A DNA stretch of 61,883 nucleotides, filler included. It is 5 parts of 5 records of this genome, joined end to end, with 100 filler letters (N's around TTAATTAATTAA, not from the genome) between each part and the next. Parts side by side here need not be neighbours in the genome. Positions count along the whole stretch, not along the records: positions 7,959 to 24,926 come from SRR2962707_3018; positions 25,027 to 51,003 come from SRR2962707_3020; 3 more parts are not named here. The stretch is one strand, 5' to 3'. The position numbers and the translations under genes were made by a program. The notes under the pieces are model-generated. The model had not been told where the DNA came from, ran no database searches, and saw nothing but the letters and a program-made list of their open reading frames with translations. Positions 10,578-25,067 of the stretch are shown here, in pieces. Each line of letters starts with the position of its first letter. Positions within the stretch are counted from its first letter, which is position 1.

Positions 10578-13500
10578 TCAGACCTCCGCCTGAGCTGCAC
10601 GAAAGAGCGCTAACCACTCGTCCCATCTCATTTGCTGGGGTTGAGCGTCAACGTGAGCCTCGTTTCCTCCAGTTGGATCGTCAACGACCAAGTGGACTCG
10701 GACGTGTGTGTGATCAACAGCCAGGTCCAAAAGCGTGCGACATGCTTCTTCCACAAATATGCCATAATTTTCGCTGCGATGGGCAATCTGGTGCCGCACA
10801 ACCGAATCCAAAACATCCAGGATCGCTGCCACCCGAGCGCGACTAAAATTGTCGTGGCTGACGACAAGCAGTTCCCTAAATATGGCAAGGTACCCCACAA
10901 CCATGTCGGGCGACTGTGGATGCATCGGCAGCCTTGACGTGCAGTGCTCGCGCAAAGCGCTCAGCACCAAATGAAAACTATCACCCTCGGCCTCGTGATC
11001 CACGACCGGATTTTCTGTGAAAGTTGACGAGTGCTGGTAGCAACACAAACGAGCAACCAATTTCGCAGTGTTTGTGGCAGCCAGCTGGATTGCCTGCTGC
11101 AAAGTGCGGTGCCGAGTAAAGACGGTGCAAACCCGTTTCAGCACAGCACCGCGCGTTTGACTCGATCGGCGTTCACTTTTCCAAATGCCGCCCATTTCGT
11201 GCTGTGTACAAAGCTTAACAACATCTGCATCAACCAGGAAATGGCAAGGAACATGAGTTCGATCCGATGCCCAAGGAAACACAAAAACGCTAAAGCATTG
11301 CGAAGCACAAGAACAAAGGGCGATGCATACCGCTGATAATCAAGAGTACTGTCAATGAAGGCGGCACTTCGTGAACTGCCAAAGGGTGGCCAGAATGTTC
11401 GTCGAATTCAACGCGCTCGTGACGGGCCGCGAAGTAGTTGACAAGCGTCTCCAGCATGCCAGACGTGAGTAGGTACCTAACTGCACGGGGCTCCGTGGAG
11501 CAAAGCGAGACGATTCGGCGCCTATTGCAACACGTGAGAACGAAGCAAACAACAACCATAGCTAAGAAACGACAGTCGCCAAGAACGCAGCAGCATCCAG
11601 CTGGGCACCGCGACACGTACAAAAGCTGAAAGAACTGTTCTGCTTGGTGGGGAAACTCGTCACCCACAACAGGGAGTAGAGACACCAGGAACGAAATGAC
11701 CCGACTTAAAGTAAAGAGCGTGATGTTACGGTCGCTGGTGGAACTACCTCCAGCGTTGGTGCTGGCATTTATACCGATTGCAGTTTGGCTGGTGTTTGTT
11801 TGGAAACTAGAGGCAGAAGTGAGGCTTGCGAAGCTGGCGTTGGCACTACCTCCCCCAGCAGGACCGTTTTTGAAGGAACCATTTGAACCAGTCAACGACG
11901 CCATGGATGACATGCTGCCAAACCCGACGCTTCCCGAACTTGGAACGTTGCGATGCCTGCTGCGCTCGCGCTCACGTTGCGCACTTCTCTGTTGTTGACG
12001 CCGTGCCTCCCGCCGCTTGCCAGCTTTAGAAAGCACGGAGCGCACACAAAAGTACACCAATGTGGCAAATTCCTCTCGAATAACTTTGTACGGGCAAGTC
12101 AAAAGGTGCAGACGAGCGTATCTGCACAAAAATTGGCGCAGCAGGAGAGTAAACGAAAGTACGCAAAGAAAGCAGCAACAAGTGTCGCACAAAAGAAAAT
12201 GAACGAAAAATAGCAGCACAGAATTTCACAATGTGCAGCTAGACGTACTGATGGTGGCTCGCTTGGTCAATCAAAGCACTGATGAACCACTGTGCTGCTG
12301 CATCACCACTTGTGGCGAAAACCTTCATCAAGCCATCGTTCCATCGCCGAATTCTGGTGCGGAATCGCGCACTGTCGACGCCACGCCACAATTTTCCAAT
12401 TGGACTGACGATTGGCAAGACGGGCTTTGCGCTGCCGTTGGCTGGTTGGACATCGTCACCACATACCACATCGGACCGTCGGACCGTCCAAACGATCGTG
12501 AGAATGGTGTGCGTTAGAATCTTTGTATTGCGTAGTTTCTCGGCCGGACTGAAGCCATGATGGAGCTGATTTTGACAGAGCAGCTCCCACAAAAAGTCTG
12601 AAAGGTTCGAGTCGAAAAGAGAGTATTCAAGAAACAGCTGCGAATGTTGTTGCCAAAATTGTTCGGCGAAGCGAGAAACCACATTCGAGGAAGCATCCTG
12701 CTCACGAACGGAGCTGAAGGGCTGGCCCTGCACGTTGGCCCGTTGAGCACTAATGGGCTCTGGTGACTCAGCAAGTTGCTCCGCTGGGTCATCGTCGCAG
12801 TCTATTGAGGACAGAGAAACATTGAGGTCTCCTCTTGGATGGCCATTGGTTGGTTCTGGAGACACAGAGCTTGCACGGGTGGTTGCCTTCATGCGATGCT
12901 TCGACGGTGTAACGGGCGTTTTCAATGCCTCGGTCAGGTCAAGAGGCTCTGCCAATGGTGGGGCAGGAAACGACTCTGGAAGCACTGATTGGTGAGACCG
13001 GGACAAACGTCGCAGGGGCGAACTGGAGGCGAGTGTGCTTGTCAAGTCACGTGACCTTTGACGCGTATGCGTTTGTGGCATACGCGGCTCCTTGACGGCC
13101 ACCACAGGTGGTAGTTTTTTGTCAAGTCGGCGGTACATCAAAATGTAGGCACTCTGTGAGTGTTCTTCGTTTGCAGACTGGTACGGGTGTTCACTCTGAA
13201 CATGGCGGCTTTGGGTAGACGTACGCACACCAAAAGCAAGCTCTGCAACTCGCTCTGCGGACACGTAGCTCACTTTATCGTCGTTGTACATCACCCACGT
13301 CGAGCCAGATCGCGCGGACTTTGCTGGAGCATTGTTCGGCCTCAGTGACTGTTGTAGCCGTTGTTCGCCGACAATAGTTTGCAATGGCGAGTTCGTATTG
13401 GTCGCGGTACCTGGATCCAACGACACGGTGGTCGGGACATGACTATCAGAGCTGCGACCGTGATGTTCCAATTTTATGAGCGTGAAGTAGTGCCCCTTTT

Positions 13501-16500
13501 TAAATGTTCCATCATGCACGATGATGCCTGCGAGCCCAAACTTTTGCTCCTCACACGGCAGTTGTTTAGGGCCTTGATGCTCGTTGGCTTGGCACAAGAC
13601 GTGTTGGTGAAACTGCGCGGGCCGCCCCAAATCATCCTCTTCCTGCACTGTTTGGCTAAGACCACTATAGCTTCGTCGATGCTTTGCAGTGCTATTCATG
13701 CGCTGGTCTGCAAAAGTACGTTCTCGCCCTCTGGGGGGATGAGATCCGTTCCACGAACCGGGGTGCCACGAAAAGTCGTCTGCGGAGTCGGTTCCGAATC
13801 CACTATTGCGCAAAGTTCGCAGCGACCCACGTCCATCCCCAGGTCCAAGACCACTACCACCCCCCATGCCTGCACTTGATGTCGATCCGGCCGAGCCGTT
13901 GCGGCGGTGAGCAGAAACTCGGCCACTGCTGCCATGCTGCTGGTGGGTTAGGCTCCTCCGTCGACTACGGCTGCGGCTTCGCCTGTGGTGGCTGCTGTCT
14001 CCACTGCCGAATACATCTGCTCCCGACCGGGCGCTCCGAGAGCGAGAGCGGCTGTGAGTCAAGGTCACCGGCGGCAAAGGAAAAGCACGCGTGGTAAACG
14101 GCGCAAAGTCGATCACGTCTGGAAAAGTGCAGCGGGCCGAAATCTTACGGTACGACATCGAACCCGGATCAAACTTGAATCGCTTCAGATGCAGCAGCAT
14201 GAAGTCACCAGGCAATTCATCGAGGACCGTCTGCCTTATTGCGCGAGACTTGTGTCGCGAGCCCTCAAACTGTACTTTATTTGGACCGTCAAGGACCTCA
14301 AATGAAACCATTGCTGCTAACGCAGAAAGTAGGTCTGAATGTCCTTCCACATCCACGCTTAACATTGAAAATGCCTCCACTTGGGACTGCATGTGGCGCC
14401 CACTTTGTGACCTGGTCGTATGCCGAAGTGTGCCGCCTACAGTCTGTGCAAGTGTTGGCACGTGTCCGTGTTTGGCCGCGCTTTCGGCATGGGGCTTCTC
14501 GGATTCATGTCGCTTGCCATTCAAAGAAAAACCATCGCTTGGTGGAGTGCTTTCGAAAAGACTGAAAACTTCAAGGCCAAATTCATGAACATCGCGTTGC
14601 TCAGCAGCAGAGAAAACGGGCGGGCAAACGGGCGGTACGACGGAAGCTTGGGCATTGCTGCTCGCGGCAGCGGCAGCGGCGCGGGCGACAAATGTGCTGG
14701 CTTCAAACGCTTCGTCGGCAGAACGCAACATCCGACCAACGAATTTCGTGTCCAACACGACCGACGGACACGCTTCCATGGACGCAAAAAGAATCTGCAA
14801 AATTTGTACTTTTTCGCGCAGCAAAATGGCTTGTGCTTCTCGCGTCCGGCGTCCCACGGAATGCCCACTGCCAGCATCCTGCTGCCCACTGCAAGCATCC
14901 TGCTCTTGCTCCACGTTAACACGGTGGGCTAAAATTGCCTCTCGCGCCGAGCCGCTGTGATACAGGAGCTGGACAAACGAGTTCAGATAGCAAGTGGAAC
15001 CCAAATTGGTCAACCCTACGCCTGGAGAATCAACAACGGCGTGGTTTAAGGCCAGACGTGCATCTCCAACGGCACATCTGCCAATGGACGCACACACACG
15101 AAGCTCGCGGTGCCATGCATCCGAGGCTGCTTCTCGAAAAAAACGCTGAAAATTTGCAACATGGCCCTCGAGAAAACTGAAAAATTGTTCCTGGATCAGC
15201 TTGCTTACGCTTGGATCAGCAAGATGCACTCCAGCAACCGACGTTTCATCCTGAGACGAACTTTTGACGAATGCCGCTGGGCGTTGTGAACCACCTTCCT
15301 GTCGGGTTTGCGTTGGCTCCAACTGTTTTGGGAGCGGGGTTGACAGAAGCAAAGCACGGAGCACACCAAAAGCAGCTCGTCGTGACAAGGGTGACTTGCA
15401 GCAAAACGCAGCGCTCTGCATCTGTTGCGCAATTTGATGAAGGGCTGTTGGTGAATCCCAGTCTGTGACAAGGAACTTGTCCTGCACAGCGCTGGTCATT
15501 GTGCTTTGCAGTAATTTCGACGGTCCAGCTGCAATCGGCGTGTCGTCATTCCTTTGACTTCCAGCATTGGTTGTGGCCACAACCGGTTTTGAAAAGTCAA
15601 ATAGTAGATTGTGCAGTAACGAGGAGCACAACTGACTTGCCATTCCATTTGGTGCATCGGGACACGAGTTTTGGGACTGGAGTGTTTGAGTGCATGGAAA
15701 GCTCGCTGTTGTTGCAACGGCGCTTTTGGAAGCAAATGTTGGTACATATGTGACAAGAAGCTCCAACACGCGAAGTGAACCCTTCAAGAAAAAGTCGTGG
15801 CGCGGTGGAGTCCAGACTGGCCGCAGTGTCTCAATTGATCGTGCACGGGAATGCACATATGCGACAGTTGATTCGAATACGTCCACCAAGAAAGTTTGAG
15901 CTGCACGGTCGAGCTCCTCAATTGAAATGTTTGCGTATGCATCTCCGACACGATTCCGCAAGCGTTCTTTTCCTTTGCTGTTTCGGGCGCCGAAACCACC
16001 AGCAGCACCGCCCCCGGCACCGGCGAAGTGCCCCCCGCGGCCAGGGCGTACGCCCGCTTTGGTGCTGTGCTTACAAAAGCTGAAGATGAGATTACAGTAC
16101 AACCAGAAGAAGTCGTTTGAGGGTGAGCACCAGAACAATTCTCGCCGGACAGACGACGTCTGAACAGGTGGAGCATTAGCGCTTTTATATCCTGCCTTCA
16201 CCTGGTCCGTATTCAACATCAATCCCTCACAATAAAAGCGATGCAATATGTCTAAGAGTACCCGACAGTCATAAGCGTTGCGGTCACAGTGACGGACGAG
16301 GAAGCGCGTCAATGTGGCACGAAGCTCCAAATTCACAAAATTGGCACAGTATCGAAACCCTCTGCGTGCATTCTGGTGGCGCTGGTGGTGCTGGGATTCG
16401 TCAACTTTGTCGTTTCTTCCAGCAGATGTCACACTCGCGGTTGGTGCTGATGCAGCTGCGCGAACTCGGTCCCAGTCAACGTCATCAGGGGCGGTCAAGT

Positions 16501-19500
16501 CGCGCACATCGCTTGATGCGTATCCACGGGTCTCGTGGTCGGGAGATCCAAGAAAGATTTCCCGAAGCCATCGTACCACTCGCGAATACGAGCTCATGAA
16601 ACAGCGCAGCTCGTTCAGCTCCGAGTCAACAAAGCCGGTAAGAATTCGCATACCGTACTTCACAACCAAAGTCTTGTCAATGACCGTTAATGGTTGACGC
16701 TCAGCACTTGTTGGATGAGGCCCATTGTCCGAGCTGTTGGGAGGACAATCACTTTGAAAGTCAGTGCATTGCTGGCCATGGATGGGATCTTGCTGCCATT
16801 TGTTGTGATCAGCACTCAAGAAAACCGACAAAATTGAATCCAGAATGGTGTGGCTGAACTTTACGACCGTTGCCCGGTCGAGTTGGTCAACAAAAGCACC
16901 GCGGAGCTTCTCGTCACCGTAGCTTTGGACTCCTCGACGAGACCAAATGTACTTCGGGTCCAGGCAGAGCATGGAGTCGAACAACTTAAAAATCATACCT
17001 AAGCAACGCGTTGCGAGCGCATAGTCATGCTCACTCATGGATTGCTCGGTGGGTGAATCTTCGCCATTGGCACCCAAAAACTTGCGCTGTTGTTTCGCCC
17101 ATTGACAACGAAGCACCATTGCCATCAAATATTCCAGACCGCCCAAGTGTGCGAAACTGTAACACCACGCCGTTACTTGTTTGGCCGGCGCGGCTGAATC
17201 AGACAGAATGCCATCGACGAGTTGGAGAGCATATAGCAGCTTGCAACAATTGTGAGGACAGAACAAGTTTTGCCACGCGACACGGAATCGCGGTTTGGCG
17301 GCCTCACTCCTTTTGTTTCCCATAGAGGCGGAATGATTGCTGCTGTCAGCACTGAGGTTGAAAGGCATCAAAGTCGAATTTTTGTTCGCCACACGACGAA
17401 TGTACATGATTTCATTAAGCAAAGCTGGGCTGACAGGTAGGAGCTGCAGAATTTCCCACACTTCCGAAGTGACGGTATTAAGCGAGGTTATATCCATCAA
17501 AGAGTGCAGTTCGTCATAGTCGACCAGCTCCAAAATCCGTGAGACGGAATACTGCTCGTTGTCATTGGGTGTTGGCTCATCATCCATTTGGGCAGACTCA
17601 GCCAGTTTGAAGTTGAAATAAGAGTGCTCCAGTAGGCTCGGCTCGCAAAACTTTGCTGCCAAGCCCTCCTCGAAGCAATGGCCAGTACCTGACAATCGAC
17701 TTGGAATAGAGGTTGCGGAGCGAATTCCATTTTCGGACTTTCGGCTTGATTCCCAGGGTGCATGTTTCGTCCCCACCGTGCTGGCGTCGGCACTTAGAAG
17801 CACGCGTTCAACGCGAATAGAATCAATGCAGTGTTCAGCAGGAGATTCTGTGATCACAGGTGACTTCGCAAGCTTATGCGTATTGAGCCCCGGCTCAGGG
17901 CTACCAAACCATAGGTATACTTGGTTGCCGATTGCGCGAGCGCTGTCTTGTGTTGTAGCGGCTTGTAACTTGCTTTCTTCCGATGATTTGAAAGAGCGAC
18001 CCACAATTTGTGACAAAGGGGTCGTGAGAGCGAGTGTCTTGGAGACTGAAATCGGTTCAAGAGTGCCGTTTGCAAGTGCGTGAACCTGTACGTGACCGTC
18101 AAGTGCTGCCGTGAAACGCTCAACACTTGCTGGGGCGCAGTGACCACCTCGTATGTCGGAGTCAAGAAGAACAGCTTGTTGAAGAGCCTTGGCCAACGAC
18201 GAAGACGCATGTAAATAGAAATTCGTCACGTGATTTCCATCACTCATCGATATGCCGCTTTTCGCAGATTTGCCGTCACTTTCGCTGTTCTTAAGGTTGC
18301 GCGGTGCCGTGGACTGGTGTTGAGGGGCGCTAATAACCGTTCCCGTTGTTGAGACGCGCCTTGGCCTTGTGTTGCCAGCGGCAGTTTCGAGTGCGCCCCC
18401 AGCGGTGTAGCGATTCCCATGCGACATATCAGCCGTCTCCACAGAGAGAGCAGACATCTTCTTGAGTGTCGTCTCAAACAAACCAGCTTCAACAACCGCA
18501 ATAACTTTGACATGTTCCACTTGGACGGTTGTCCATTGTTGCAAGAATCTGCGGAACAAGCGCAATGAGCGTTCGAGCTGCAGTCTGCCAAATCTGTGCT
18601 CGTCCAGCGTGTCCACGCTTGTCGATGGAGAGGGATTCCTCGGGGCCAGAGGAGGGTCAGAAACAATTTTTTTGCCTTCCACATTCGGAACGCGCCTGAA
18701 CTCTGAGACTGGTGCGTCTTCGAACTTGCACTCTGGTGCTCGCAGTGGGCGCGGGCCAACAGCATTGGAAGAGTGGCGGCGGGTAGGAGCCGATTGTGGC
18801 GCCAAAACACTGCTCAATGATGGCCCTTGCTGCGCTTGTGGTGCTGCTGCAAACAAGACGCCGACATCGTCAAGGTTCACTGGATCGTCGCCACCGTCGT
18901 CCATTTCCGACTTCGCTTCCGACTCGGCTGAGCTGGTGGACCTTGCTTCAACATCGAGGTTCAATAGCTCAGTCGTATCGCTACTCCCGCAGGACTTGTG
19001 AGCCGGCCACACGTCCCGTGAAGTACTGCCCAAATGTTGCGATTTGGCTGAGTGCGCTTGCAGGGACAACCCTTGTTTATACTGTGCCGCACGCGTTGTA
19101 ATTGCTTTCCAGACGCGATGCACGAAATTGTGCTGTATTTCGTCGCGCTTGGGTTTTGGCACGCGACTGTCGAGATTCACAACAAGGTCTGCGAGAATGA
19201 GAGCGCAGGTAGCCTCGACGCCCGCGTCGCTTGGCGGCAGTTTCAGGTACAGATCCTCCAGTCCGTGAATGGCCTCAACTTCGATCATTAGTCGGCGCAA
19301 TTGCTGACGATGACGAGCACACAGCTCGGCTGTCAAGGGCTCGTGGTCTAATTCATCTGCAACGGCAGCCCTGAAGTTGGTTTTGACTTGGTCAGCACCA
19401 CGAGCATGAGATTTCACAGCTTTCGGTGATGCAAACATATCCCACAGCTTCTTGTTTTTTTTGGACCGTGGTGTTGCAGTGACTGTGGCGTTCCGCGGGG

Positions 19501-22500
19501 TGACAGTCTGGGCTAAGGTATCTAAAAGCGAAGTTCTGCGCTGCGCGTCTGAGGAAATTTCTTGCCGTTGTTCGTCGCCACGATTTTCCGCGGAAAGGTT
19601 GGTGGAAATGAACGCGATGGTCCGCAGTGTTACGTTGACAGACAAAAAGAATTGCAGGAACACTGACGCCAACGCCGAACCTGCAAAGTGGCTGGTGCGG
19701 GCTATCAAATGAGAAAGCTTGTGCAATACGTAGCGTTGCACATCTACGACAAGAAACGGTTTTTGTACGGAAAATTGCAAAGGTGACCAGTGACAGCGCG
19801 GGCTGCTGACGTCACGGCCATCGCGACGGATCCCTTCAAAAAGCGAGAACACGAGCGGTTGCGCAAGAGCTTCGCGTGCAGCACGTCCAACAGGCGACGC
19901 TGCGGATGATGGCACCGCGGAGGAGGACACATTCATTCCTTGTGCTTTTAGTCCAACATGGTGCGAAGTAAATTCCCCCGGGCAGGTCGCCGCCACCAAA
20001 TACATCTTGAAGGTCGATGGATGCGCAGCTTCACCCGCAGCCGGAGAGCTGACATTCGTTTCGCCCGTGACTGGCAAACGCTGATCTAAGTGACAAAAAA
20101 ATGACTCTGGGTTCAACACATTTGCCGCTATGCTGGGCAGCGAATGAAGTGAAGCAAGACCTCCAAGCCAATGGAACACTTCTGCTTGCACACTAGGTGC
20201 AAATACGTCACACACAATGCACTCCCACACATGTGCCACCCGTTCGCCTGTGAGTGAGGGCATCACTGCAGAGTTCAACATCGATATCGCGGGCGTCGGC
20301 TTAGCACCAGCTGTTCCCACTGAGAGACCGAGAGGGCCAATCGATGCCATCCGGCTGGTGCTGCGGGCAAGGGGGAGGGGTGTTCGGGCGAGCAACAAGC
20401 ATTGAGAGAAGAACATTAACCGAGAGCGCACATGCATGAGGACGTTGAATTGCCGACCAACCAACACCTCATCGCCGCACAGGGGTTCAACCAACGAGCG
20501 ACCCTGAAGCCCACCAATGGGAATGCCAGTCGTGGAGGATGTCGATCCTGCCGGGAGCATGCCGCTCACGAGCTCCACACCGCCAGACTTGGTCTGCAAC
20601 CGCAACGAGGCCTCTTTTTTTAGAGCGTGAAAGCTACCAAGCAGAGTCTGCACGAGCCCATCGTATCCGTCAACTGCGCGAAGAATCGCTTCGTGTGAGT
20701 GAGTTGGAGTTGGTTGCGGCAGGTATTGCGCGGAGTTGGTTTCCGAGGCACCTCCAGCGGCGACACGCGGGAACGTTGAGTGCAGGACCATCGAAAGCAG
20801 AATGATGGATTGCACCACTGAGCAATTGTCTTTTAAGCGCCCGACACAAATCGAAGCTAAACGAAATTTCACGCAGCTGACATCAAGAATGCCTGCGTCT
20901 GCGAAGGCCACCACGCTGCAAATAGCATCAAGGCCCTGCATGACGAGGGAATTGGGCAGTCGGTGTCCTGTCGGTTCGTGGTCCTCCATTCGATGAAAGA
21001 TCATTAACGCGAGACGTTCAACGAGAAGAGCCTGGGGTGGATGTTTGGCATGCCGCTTACTGCGGCCATGCCGCGTTGCCGCAGATGCTTGAGCATACGC
21101 GGCTTTGTATGACTCGCTGAGCGACATATTTGCAGCATCGCTGCGGTCATCAGGGCCAAACGGATCGGGGTACTGAGTCTGGATTTGCGCGTGACGGTCA
21201 ACTAAAACTAGGGACTTGCCGAAATTCAACAAAAAGCGCAATAGCTCGAGGTCCCACGCATTGGATGGAAGTTCCTCAACAAGATCGAGAATAGTGTCGT
21301 ACAACACACGAGGCAGCACAGTCGGCGAGCTTCGTAAAAACGTTGAGGCTAATGCGCGGGCGTGCGAACCGGTGGCGCCAAGCAAGCTGCGATCTGATAC
21401 CCCGAGCGCGGTATGTAGCAGCATGTCATATAGACCACGCACAACCAGTGCAATATCTTCGACTGCTCCCGATGAGTTCCCGGGGGCCGGAGCGGTCACA
21501 TCGACCGCTCCGGTGGTGTCGTGGTCGCTGTCACAGCTACTTCGGTCCAGGTCATCGGCAGGAATGGTCGATGTTGCACTCATAGAAGCTGCCAATGACT
21601 GCACTGCTTCCCACAAAAAGCGAAGGTGGGTTTTGACAACGCCAAAATAATCACTGTGAGTTTCTCCAGAACTGGATGCATGAGGGCTGTCGGCCACACC
21701 GTAAGAGTCTTCGTCATCATTGCTTGTGGTCGAACGTTTGCCACGGCTGCCACTTTGGCTGCTGCTACGATCCGTGTGCGAGCTGCCCGTGCTTGTAGCT
21801 CCGTCGGTAAAAGCACTGCTACTGCTACTGCTGCCGCTGTGCCTGCGATGGCGATGCCTCTTGCTCTTGCGGCGCCGTAGCTGATGCGCCATTTTACATT
21901 GGACAATGTAGGACGAGCAGTAGAAATAAAGGTGCACGAGTGCACGCGAGCTATTCAAAATTTCGGCAAAGAGAATGCCAGTGCCACGAGTCACCATAGA
22001 CAAGTCAAAAAGCTTGTCTATAATGCCAGCTTGCTGCATCCAGCGTACGAAGGTACTAATCGCATGTGCGCGGGTCATTGTTGCTGTTCCAATTGCAGGG
22101 AGAGGCACGTTTGAGCCACTTGATGAAGATGACGTTGGTGTGGCTGCATCCCAACCGGGAAATTCGCCTCCGATGTCGTAAAGGCTGCCGACATTACGAA
22201 TGCGTTCACAGAAGTAATGGTAAGCGCTCTCAAGGCCAATTTTTCGCATCTCCAGATTGCGGGCTTCCATCAGCAGTGAATAGAACTGCAGCGCGATGGA
22301 GTCCCTCCATATTTGCTGGCTTGCTTCAGTACTCGACGAAGTTTGCGTCGCTGACGGAGTAGCAAGACCAAGACCTCCATCGTGAGAGGTTGCGGTGATT
22401 TCCGGTTCCCATCGGCGTTTAATGCGGTCTGTATGGCACACAATGTCGACCAACTTTTCTACAATGCTTCGCGAACACAAGTCAATGGGACTGCTGCGAA

Positions 22501-24658
22501 TGTTCCTAAAAATCCAATCCACGCCTGCGTACAAGGCGCTCAGCAGCTTGAGTCTCTGGAACGAAGGGCAAATGAAGTCCACAACAGTGTCAACAACTTT
22601 AACAAGAAGTCGGAACTGCTCAAGATTCGAGTTGCTCAGCAAGACTGCCGACTGCATTGTCGCAGCATCGTCATGACTGAGGTGTCGTTTGTGTGACAAG
22701 GATGAAGCACGTCGGTGCCGCTGCGGCCGGCTGCCTAAACTAAAGGTCGCAGCCTTTCGCAGGGTCTGCCGCGAATGGGGCGTGTCGGCAGCTTCACTCC
22801 CTAGATATGCTCCTGCCCGGTTTGTGATGGCTCCGTCCAGAGCGTCTATCGATGATTGGCGAGCTTTCGATGAGCGCCAAAAACTGTGAAGAATGTCTAC
22901 GAGGGACTCGAATCCCCCACAGTCGATCAGAAAGTGACCAATTTTGTCAGCAGCAACGTCTAGGGCTCCTTTGTTCCAAAGCGCGTCACTCTTGTTGGCT
23001 TGGGCTTGCACAGCTGTCCGAGCCATCGCTTCCAAAGATGAGTACCCCAACTCGGCACGAAGGTACGCCGCAGACGTAAACAAAGGTGCATCAAAGCGAT
23101 CAAACGCAGCGCTCGGCGAGTAGTCCATGCGACTGGTGCGCATTGACAAAGCATCGTCGGAGCTTTCATAGCTGCGAACAGGAACTAAAACTACGTAGTC
23201 GCGAATGGAAAGATCCGGGTACCACTTCTTTTCACCGTCGTCATATTTGAGCAGGTGGCCACTGACAGCACGAGGTGTCCCGGTCTTGCCCGTTTTCGAT
23301 ACGAACTTGCGGACAATTGCTTTGAACCACTGTTTCTCACCAGGCCACCAAATTCTGATGCGCAAGCCTTTGTCTGATCGATTGAAAGCAAGCTTGCGGC
23401 GCGGGTCCGCGACGTACCACTTTGCGTGTCCAAGGGCCGAGCATTTGCGCCGAATAATATAGCACTTGACTTTCACGTCGCCCCCATCCGTGACAATTTT
23501 GCGCATGGAAGTGTCGCGATACGCATACGGAACCATGTCCTCTGTAACATCAATCCAGCGAGGTTCATCTACCGGAGCGCTCTCGGTGACCACTAAATGT
23601 CGGTGTGTGCGAGAGTCGTATGCCTTTATTGTAAGGAGCTCCTCAATCTGGAACCCATGACCTTGCAGCTCCTGCGTCTCAAAGTCAAACAGTGACTCGT
23701 CGTAAGTCACCTTTTTCTTCTTCAGTGTCTTGCTCACAACCTGCAGTACTTTGTCCACATCATTCGCGCTCATTTCTAGTTCCCGGTGCGGGGTTTTGAC
23801 GAACTTGTCTTTCAACCAGCACAGCCCGTGGAGCGAATCAAGAACAACCCATTTCTTTTCGCCATCAACGTAGTGAATCAAGTGTTTCCTTGTTGACGGG
23901 CTGTAGTCCACAATCATTCCACAGTACGCAAGCTCGGTAGACTCCCACGTGTGGCGAACACAACGCCCCACAAGGTCCATGCTCCGTTTTGTGAACGCCC
24001 TTAGCGAATGTTTGCGTCGCTGGACCTGTTTGCGAAGGCGAAGCGCATCGACAAACGCACCACGTACTTCGCCAAACACCGAGCCAGGAAGAAAAATTTC
24101 TGACACGCTTGTGTTAAGTCGCGCCGGACTTGTCGCCCTGGAGTCGCTGTCTAAAGTCGTGAAAGCCTGAGAAAACAGGCTGCAAAAACAATCCAGCAAG
24201 CCCACGTGACACCATGGCAAACTGACGGCTGTGAGCCGAACGCATTTGTAGAACACAAGGTTAATCCGCTGCAAAGTTTCCGACGAGCGGTCCACACTCT
24301 CAGCTGCAGCTCGCTTCAAAAAAGGCACAATCTGTGGCAGAAACCCGCGAATGAAGTCGCTGCTGAGCACTTCGTTAAGCTTCGCCTCGTCGAGGTCTGC
24401 TGGGAGTTTCGTTTGCCGTCGTGACCACTTTGTTGGCGGCTGCGAAGAGACAGGTTCATGGGTTTTTCCTAGCTGAAGCACATCAAAAATATTGTCCAGG
24501 CACTCGTTCGCCCAGTCCACCTGCTCGCGAAGTTCTTCGCTCGGCAAATAGCCCTGTATTTGGGAGTACTCACGCTCAGCGGCCGGGTCACTCGTTGCCT
24601 CGTTGCGCGAACTGCTTTGTTGTTCGTTGTCCAGAGGCGGGGAGGACGTCCGCGACAT
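10578..24658 (-). CDS. Giant ubiquitin-specific protease (peptidase C19), USP34/USP24/USP9X-like, ~4,582 aa, with N-terminal Tudor-like domains
   Basis: Exons 24658-12249, 12121-11621, 11521-11331, 11224-10578 (13,749 nt, in frame). Catalytic motifs: Cys box GLTNLGSTCYLNSFVQ (Cys 14990-14992), QRDVHEF, LHLKRFKFD, His box LAGIIVHDGTFKKGHY (~13490), WVMYNDDKV, SAYILMYRR. Family motifs: VWEILQLLP, KLLYALQLV, W.YSF..LGGL and post-catalytic LLTCPYKVIREEF. Confidence 0.9.
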
Positions 24659-24902
24659 AAGTGCCACCCGTGCTCAAAGAGCACACTTAGTAGTGCGTGC
24701 GCGTGTCACGGCATGCGAGCAAGTTAGGCGCACAGCCAAGCTCAGCAGCTCAGCCAGCTGCCGACGTCCGGCACAGCCGGTGCCGGGCTGCTTCAGTTAC
24801 GAAAACCGAGCCTCGCCACTCATTTTTTCTGGCACTGGCCAAACGAGGCGTCGGTTGGCCAGATTTTCTACTTCTTCTTTTTTTTTGTGTGAAAAGGCAA
24901 AA

Positions 24903-24926
24903 CAGCAGCAGCAGCAGCAGCAGCAG
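24903..24926. repeat. (CAG)8 microsatellite at contig end
   Basis: Read directly; abuts the N spacer. Confidence 0.95.
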
Positions 24927-25026
24927 NNNNNNNNNNNNNNNNNNNNNNNNNNNNNNNNNNNNNNNNNNNNTTAATTAATTAANNNNNNNNNNNNNNNNNN
25001 NNNNNNNNNNNNNNNNNNNNNNNNNN
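24927..25026. other. Artificial contig-joining spacer
   Basis: 44N-TTAATTAATTAA-44N. Confidence 0.97.
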
Positions 25027-25067
25027 AGGCAATAAAAATGCAGGGAAATATCGCGTAACATTGCAGT

